This document shows positions 27,123-32,000 of a DNA stretch of 32,000 nucleotides, piece by piece. This stretch comes from an uncultured Bacteroidota bacterium. Its GTDB lineage: Bacteria; Bacteroidota; Ignavibacteria; Ignavibacteriales; Ignavibacteriaceae. Every line of letters starts with the position of its first letter. The stretch's first letter is position 1. The translations under genes and the position numbers were made by a program. The notes below the pieces were generated by a model. It searched no databases and had not been told where the DNA came from. It was given only the letters and a program-made list of their open reading frames with translations. Where the stretch lies: NCBI GenBank assembly GCA_963782475.1, contig CAWAJW010000015.1:811007-843006 (forward strand), read 5' to 3'.

Positions 27123-28529
27123 CTATCTATACAAATCCGCATCAAAATCGTCTTCTTCCTCTCCGGGGGAAGTTGAAAACATAGAGCTGAGCATATCCTT
27201 AAATTGAAGTCCCATATCGAGCCTGAATTTGCTTAACATAGAATGTTCTGCAAGACCGTGAAGCACAAATTCCATTAATAATAATTGATAATTCCCGTTA
27301 ACCTTCGGATGATATTTTTTAACCATCTCCTTTAACCCGGAAACCCCGTTCAAAATTTTTTCATATTCCTTCTCAGGGATGTTAGTCAATATATCAACGG
27401 CATTACCTTTATTAAACCAATTAATAATTTCCTGGTAAGGATTGGACTGCTGGTTCTTCTTCATTTTATCAGGTGAAGGGAAGTAATTTTCAAATAAAAC
27501 TCTAATTGCTTTACTAATTAAAATATATGCTACTTTTGAAGGCCCTTCCTGTTCTCCTTCATAAACAAGCTCAATCTTCCCGGTAATTGAGGGAATAACT
27601 CCATATAAATCGGAGATCCTGAGATGAGCTTCACTCTCTTTATTAATTATCATGCGTCTTTCCGCAGTGCTTATTAAGTTTTCATAAGCAGAGATTGTTA
27701 ATCTTGCGGATACACCGCTTTTAGCATCAATATATTCACTCTGCCTGGCTTCAAAAGCAATTTGTTCAATTAAATCATTTAATAATTCACTCTCTTTTAT
27801 TGATTCCTTCTGCTCCTTTGCAAGCAAAGATTCCTGCTTTGTTATCTCCCGTGAGATTGTAACTGATTTAGGATAATGCGTTAATATCTGGCTGTCTATA
27901 CGATCTTTTAAAGGAGTTACAATTGAACCGCGGTTTGTATAATCTTCCGGGTTTGCGGTAAATACAAACTGGATATCAAGCGGAAGTCTTATTTTAAAGC
28001 CCCTGATCTGTATATCATTTTCCTGTAATATATTAAAGAGGGCAACCTGTATCCTTGCCTGCAAATCAGGCAATTCATTTATTACAAATATTGAACGGTG
28101 AGAGCGGGGTATAAGACCAAAGTGAATAACTCTTTCATCCGAATAAGGAAGCTTAAGAGATGCTGCTTTAATCGGATCTACATCCCCGATCAAATCTGCA
28201 ACAGATACATCGGGAGTAGCTAACTTCTCGGCATACCTTTCGGAACGGTGAATCCACTCTATCTTAGTATTATCTCCATGTATTTTGATTAAATCTTTTG
28301 CAATCCTGGATAAAGGATTAACAGGATCGTCATTTAATTCGGAACCCGCTACAATAGGAATATACTCATCGAGTAAATTGATAAGCAGCCTGGCAATTTT
28401 TGTTTTAGCCTGCCCTCTCAACCCGAGAAGGATAATATTGTGCCTGGATAAAATTGCAGTTTGAATATCCGGAATAACGGTTTCTTCATACCCGATAATT
28501 CCCTCGAATGGATTTGATCCTTTTTTCAA
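27123..28529 (-). CDS. AAA+ ATPase, MoxR/ChlI (Mg-chelatase-like) family
   Basis: Walker A LLGLRGQAKTK and Walker B IFVINELPD. An in-frame upstream extension without ATG (HTLGDLKNSGYQSKSIKDELRDNLICSL) and an out-of-frame ATG at 28626 suggest the true N-terminus is about 32 codons longer. Confidence 0.75.
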   Translation of the reverse strand: MKKGSNPFEGIIGYEETVIPDIQTAILSRHNIILLGLRGQAKTKIARLLINLLDEYIPIVAGSELNDDPVNPLSRIAKDLIKIHGDNTKIEWIHRSERYAEKLATPDVSVADLIGDVDPIKAASLKLPYSDERVIHFGLIPRSHRSIFVINELPDLQARIQVALFNILQENDIQIRGFKIRLPLDIQFVFTANPEDYTNRGSIVTPLKDRIDSQILTHYPKSVTISREITKQESLLAKEQKESIKESELLNDLIEQIAFEARQSEYIDAKSGVSARLTISAYENLISTAERRMIINKESEAHLRISDLYGVIPSITGKIELVYEGEQEGPSKVAYILISKAIRVLFENYFPSPDKMKKNQQSNPYQEIINWFNKGNAVDILTNIPEKEYEKILNGVSGLKEMVKKYHPKVNGNYQLLLMEFVLHGLAEHSMLSKFRLDMGLQFKDMLSSMFSTSPGEEEDDFDADLYR

Positions 28530-28781
28530 AGAACAGATTAAGTTATCTCTTAATTCATCTTTTATAGATTTACTTTGATATCCGCTGTTTTTTAAATCGC
28601 CTAAAGTATGAATCGATTTATATCCATAATTTTTTTCCCGCTGTCAAAATGATAAAATTTGTTAAATAAGGAAATTGAACCTGCCTGAATTCCAGTTTTC
28701 CCAACTTATAAAATAAGCTGCATTCTAAATGTGATATAACTTCATAAATAAGATTACTTAAAGATTAGAAAAGGGAGAAGA

Positions 28782-29879
28782 TTATTTTACCCGTTTGCGT
28801 CTGTTCCGGATATAATCTTCAAAAATATAATCGCCCAAACCGGAAAGGCTGCTGTAAAAAGCTCTGCCGTTATTTGTCTTGGTAAATTCCCTGACAAACT
28901 GCTGAAGATACGGGTCTCTAGCAATCATAAAGGTAGTAATAGGAATTCCCAGCTTTCTGCATTTTGCTGCTTGATCCAGTGTTTTATTTACAATTTTTCT
29001 ATCGAGGCCGAAACTATTCTTATAATATTTAAGCCCTTCTTTTAAGCAGGTAGGTTTACCATCGGTAATCATAAAAATTTGTTTATTGCTTGTCTTTCTC
29101 CGTCTTAAAATATCAATCGATAATTCCAAACCTGCAACAGTATTTGTATGGTATGGGCCGACCTGTAAATAGGGGAGGTCTTTAATTTCTATCGGCCATG
29201 AATCATTCCCGAATACAATTATATCAAGTGTATCTTTCGGGTACTTGATTGTAATTAATTCCGATAGAGCCATTGCAACTTTTTTTGCAGGAGTTATCCG
29301 ATCCTCTCCGTAAAGTATCATCGAGTGAGAAATATCTATCATAAGAACAGTAGAAGTTAAAGCTTTAAAATCACGTTCTTCAACTTCCAGGTCATCTTCG
29401 GTCAATTTAAAGTCATCTATGCCATGATTGATTTGAGCATTCTTGATCGAATCGGTCATATCGATCTGCTCCATTGAATCGCCGAAGTAATATTCGCGCC
29501 GATCCGAAGTTTTTTCATCGCCGATACCTGAATAAGGAGTTCTATGATTTCCTCGTGCCGACTTTTTTAACTTACCAAATATTTCCTCCAGTGACTGCCT
29601 CCTGATGGATTGCTCACTCTTCGCCGTAATATTAAGAACCGAACCGTCCTCATTTTCTTTAATGTAATTCTTATCTTTTAAATCATCAATAAAATTACCC
29701 ATACCGTATTCATTCCCCGTCAAACCGTATTTTTTATCCAGCTGATTCATCCAGTTCAGGGCTTCCGAAACATCACCGGAAGTAATAGTCAATAATTGAA
29801 GGAAAATTTTAAGTAAATCTTCAAACTTACTTTTTCCTCTGTTATCCGGTACAAATTGTGTGAACCTATTTCCAATCAT
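28782..29879 (-). CDS. von Willebrand factor A (vWA) domain protein
   Basis: MIDAS motif VLMIDISHS, later ITDG. It lies upstream of the AAA+ ATPase on the same strand. Confidence 0.75.
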   Translation of the reverse strand: MIGNRFTQFVPDNRGKSKFEDLLKIFLQLLTITSGDVSEALNWMNQLDKKYGLTGNEYGMGNFIDDLKDKNYIKENEDGSVLNITAKSEQSIRRQSLEEIFGKLKKSARGNHRTPYSGIGDEKTSDRREYYFGDSMEQIDMTDSIKNAQINHGIDDFKLTEDDLEVEERDFKALTSTVLMIDISHSMILYGEDRITPAKKVAMALSELITIKYPKDTLDIIVFGNDSWPIEIKDLPYLQVGPYHTNTVAGLELSIDILRRRKTSNKQIFMITDGKPTCLKEGLKYYKNSFGLDRKIVNKTLDQAAKCRKLGIPITTFMIARDPYLQQFVREFTKTNNGRAFYSSLSGLGDYIFEDYIRNRRKRVK

Positions 29880-30184
29880 CGCATTTTATTATAATTGTGC
29901 AACTATTAATTTAGAATAAAAGTTTTGTAATTCAAGGAAGAAATATTTGAAAAAATCTTCCATGTGTTCTGTAATAAACTTTGAATAGAAAGTGGAATAA
30001 TGGAATGACGGAGTAATGGAGTAATGTAATAGAGAGATAGCTCCCAATATTCGATATTCCAAACTTCCAATCTTCCAAGGATCCCATGCGTCCTTTCTCA
30101 CGTCTCTATCCCTTTTACACTTGTTTTTTAAATCTATTTTAAATATACTAGTGTACAAGTGTTCACTATATTTTTGAAGCAGTT

Positions 30185-31843
30185 ATGAACCCGCAGCTAA
30201 TAGATTTAACAAGCTACTCTCTTCCGCAGAGGAATAATTTAATACATCTTTACCCGGATATTCCGAGAAAAAAATCTCAAATACCTTTTGATATTTTTGA
30301 TTACCGGATGTTATTCAAAGATCCGGCGACCCTGGATATAATCCGTAATGGTGAAACAATAGGATGTTTTTATATTGAAAGCCCGGGGATGCGTTCATTA
30401 TTAAAAAGGCTGGATGTTGACACCTTTGAAATGCTTGTGACAGCAAGTTCAATAATAAGACCCGGGGTAGCAGAATCGGGAATGATGCAGGAGTTTATTG
30501 CGAGGCACAAAGATCCTGCCCGCAGAAAATATTTACTGAATGAAATGGAATTATACCTGGGAGAAACATACGGCGTAATGGTTTTCCAGGAAGATGTAAT
30601 TAAGGTTATACATTTTATTGTTGGTTTATCGCTTGAAGAGGGGGACCTTTTGCGCAGGGCTATGTCGGGAAAAACCAGGTCGGATGAAGCGATGGAATTA
30701 TTGCGTAACAGGTTCTTTTCGTCTTGTGAAAGGAAAGGATTGGATAAAAAAATTGCAGTGGAATTATGGAGGCAGATAAGTTCGTTTTCAGGGTACAGCT
30801 TCTGCAAGGCGCACAGCGCCTCTTTTGCCCTGCTTTCATTCCAGGTAGCTTTTTTAAAAGCGCATTACCCTGCAGAGTTTATGGCTGCCGTCCTCTCTAA
30901 CGGCGGGGGATTCTACTCTTCTGCAGTTTATATCTGGGAGTGTAAAAGACTGGGGCTCGATGTAAAGCTCCCTTCTGTTAATCACAGCGATTATGATTAT
31001 AAGGGAGAGGGGAGAATAATATATATAGGGTTTATGGCAGTAAAAAACCTTCCGCATCAATCGGCGGAAATAATTACGGAAGAAAGAAATGAAAACGGGA
31101 ACTATGTCTCTTTAGCCGATTTCCTGGTACGTACTAAACTGGGAGAAGAAGAAACTGCGACACTCATTAAATGCGGCGCGATGGATTGTTTCAGCGAAAC
31201 ACGCCCGACGCTTCTCAGGCTCCTTTCGGTTTATATACACAAAAGAAAAATTTTAGATGAAAATTATAATGATCTTTTCATTTATGAATCCTTTAAAATT
31301 GAAGAGGAAGTGAAAACCGGCAAGGATTACACTATTTCACAAAAGTGTAAACAGGAGTTTGAAATCCTGGGCTACATGGTGACAAAACATCCTTTATATT
31401 TTTTCCGGAAAAATATTTCCGGCAGGCATATAATAAATGCAAATGAATTAAATAAATACCGCGGCAGGAAAGTAAAATTGATCGGCTGGTATATGACTTC
31501 CAAAAGGATCAGGACCAAAAACGGCAGCATAATGAAATTCCTTTCGCTTGAAGATTTAACGGGCACTTTTGAAGCTGTTATCTTTCCAAATGTTTATAAG
31601 AGCATTGCGGAAAAGACCCTCTCCTTCGGTCCCTATTTAATAGAAGGAAAAGCTGATACGGAAGAAGGGAATAATGTTATAGTAGAAAAGCTTGATCTGC
31701 TCTACTACCTTGATCTGAAATCATCAATTCAAAAAGACAGCGCGGAAGATTATTATACTCCCGATGATGAAGGCTTTACCGAGAAAGAACTTTACATGTC
31801 AAAAATTAATACCGAACAATTAGCAAGGGCTTACACGGGCTGA
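30185..31843 (+). CDS. dnaE: DNA polymerase III alpha subunit, C-terminal portion only (fingers, HhH, OB fold); lacks PHP and most of palm; possible pseudogene or duplicate remnant
   Basis: GETIGCFYIESPGMRSLLKRL ... IIRPGV ... YGVMVFQEDV ... LRRAMSGK ... YSFCKAHSASFALLSFQVAFLKAHYP ... OB-fold region KVKLIGWY...FLSLEDLTG.FEAVIFP. About 500 N-terminal residues expected for DnaE are absent. Confidence 0.8.
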   Translation: MNPQLIDLTSYSLPQRNNLIHLYPDIPRKKSQIPFDIFDYRMLFKDPATLDIIRNGETIGCFYIESPGMRSLLKRLDVDTFEMLVTASSIIRPGVAESGMMQEFIARHKDPARRKYLLNEMELYLGETYGVMVFQEDVIKVIHFIVGLSLEEGDLLRRAMSGKTRSDEAMELLRNRFFSSCERKGLDKKIAVELWRQISSFSGYSFCKAHSASFALLSFQVAFLKAHYPAEFMAAVLSNGGGFYSSAVYIWECKRLGLDVKLPSVNHSDYDYKGEGRIIYIGFMAVKNLPHQSAEIITEERNENGNYVSLADFLVRTKLGEEETATLIKCGAMDCFSETRPTLLRLLSVYIHKRKILDENYNDLFIYESFKIEEEVKTGKDYTISQKCKQEFEILGYMVTKHPLYFFRKNISGRHIINANELNKYRGRKVKLIGWYMTSKRIRTKNGSIMKFLSLEDLTGTFEAVIFPNVYKSIAEKTLSFGPYLIEGKADTEEGNNVIVEKLDLLYYLDLKSSIQKDSAEDYYTPDDEGFTEKELYMSKINTEQLARAYTG

Positions 31844-31845
31844 TT

Positions 31846-32000
31846 ATGATCCCAATGCATGTTCATTCATATTATTCTTTAATGGAGGGAGCAGTTCCCG
31901 TAGAAGATTTAATAGAGAAGTCAAAAAATTTTTCCCTTCCCGCTGTTGCCTTAACCGATACAAACGGGATGTACGGTTTGATAGAATTTGGTAAGAAAGC
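31846..32000 (+). CDS. dnaE: DNA polymerase III alpha subunit, N-terminal PHP domain (partial, runs off the window)
   Basis: MIPMHVHSYYSLMEGAVPVEDLIEKSKNFSLPAVALTDTNGMYGLIEFGKK is the canonical PHP-domain start (HxH, SLL.G, ALTD.....G). The ATG is 2 nt after the stop of the preceding dnaE fragment. Confidence 0.8.
   Translation, partial: MIPMHVHSYYSLMEGAVPVEDLIEKSKNFSLPAVALTDTNGMYGLIEFGKK

Noticed and set aside
29889-30158. 89-aa minus-strand ORF between the vWA gene and the dnaE fragment
   Set aside because: Low-complexity, repeat-derived sequence (taatgga repeats and a CTTCC tract) with no recognisable domain or RBS. It lies in the probable rearrangement scar upstream of the truncated dnaE.
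6680-31566. Antisense or overlapping ORFs inside long genes: 2357-2608, 6680-6982, 9194-9496, 17958-18197, 18539-18754, 19008-19304, 20381-20629, 20442-20636, 21469-21708, 23724-23936, 24366-24686, 24868-25056, 25215-25403, 25939-26139, 30370-30807, 30854-31060, 31372-31566
   Set aside because: These are shadow ORFs opposite or out of frame with well-supported domain-containing genes. They have no recognisable motifs.
30185-32000. Split-intein dnaE (as in cyanobacterial dnaE-n / dnaE-c)
   Set aside because: The order is wrong (C-terminal part precedes N-terminal part). The fragment starts directly in polymerase sequence with no Int-C block (no ...HN followed by Cys/Ser/Thr). No intein motifs are visible.

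Overview
AT-rich bacterial chromosomal segment. I saw no rRNA, tRNA, CRISPR array or classical transposase. Lineage cannot be determined here; gene content and repeat style loosely suggest an FCB-group organism (Ignavibacteria/Bacteroidota-like), low confidence. The window has two very different halves. (1) 17.9-32 kb is ordinary, about 87% coding by my coordinates. It holds a PAS sensor histidine kinase, a 4-hydroxybutyrate/acetyl-CoA transferase-family enzyme, HemN, an alpha-glucan phosphorylase, a DUF362 protein and a vWA + AAA+ (MoxR/ChlI-like) ATPase pair. It ends with an N-terminally truncated dnaE copy followed 2 nt later by the start of another dnaE. (2) 1-17.9 kb is only about 43% coding. 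Its genes are two disrupted Wzi-like OMP paralogs, a PAP2 phosphatase, an M24 peptidase, UspA plus a receiver, and a PfkB kinase. They sit as islands separated by 1-2.4 kb blocks built from a small set of hairpin-forming repeat modules, which I label A-H. The modules are reused in different orders and orientations and in tandem arrays (377 bp x3, about 250 bp x5, 592/490 bp x2, 34 bp x3). The only ORFs embedded in the repeat blocks are two small DUF559 (Vsr-like PD-(D/E)xK) nuclease genes. One is bounded by about 35-bp terminal inverted repeats made of C5/G5 hairpins and has an ORF-less miniature copy 835 bp downstream. The other sits inside an array of A units that carry the same style of hairpin. 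Main hypothesis (inference): a REP/RAYT-like relationship in which DUF559 nucleases are the protein partner of the C-run/G-run hairpin repeats, and some arrays are multicopy sRNA loci. Several genes show frameshift-like disruptions (both wzi-like genes, glgP 3' end, ATPase 5' end, possibly DUF362 3' end). These could be real decay or homopolymer sequencing errors. Repeat boundaries are read by eye and approximate (about +/-5 bp).
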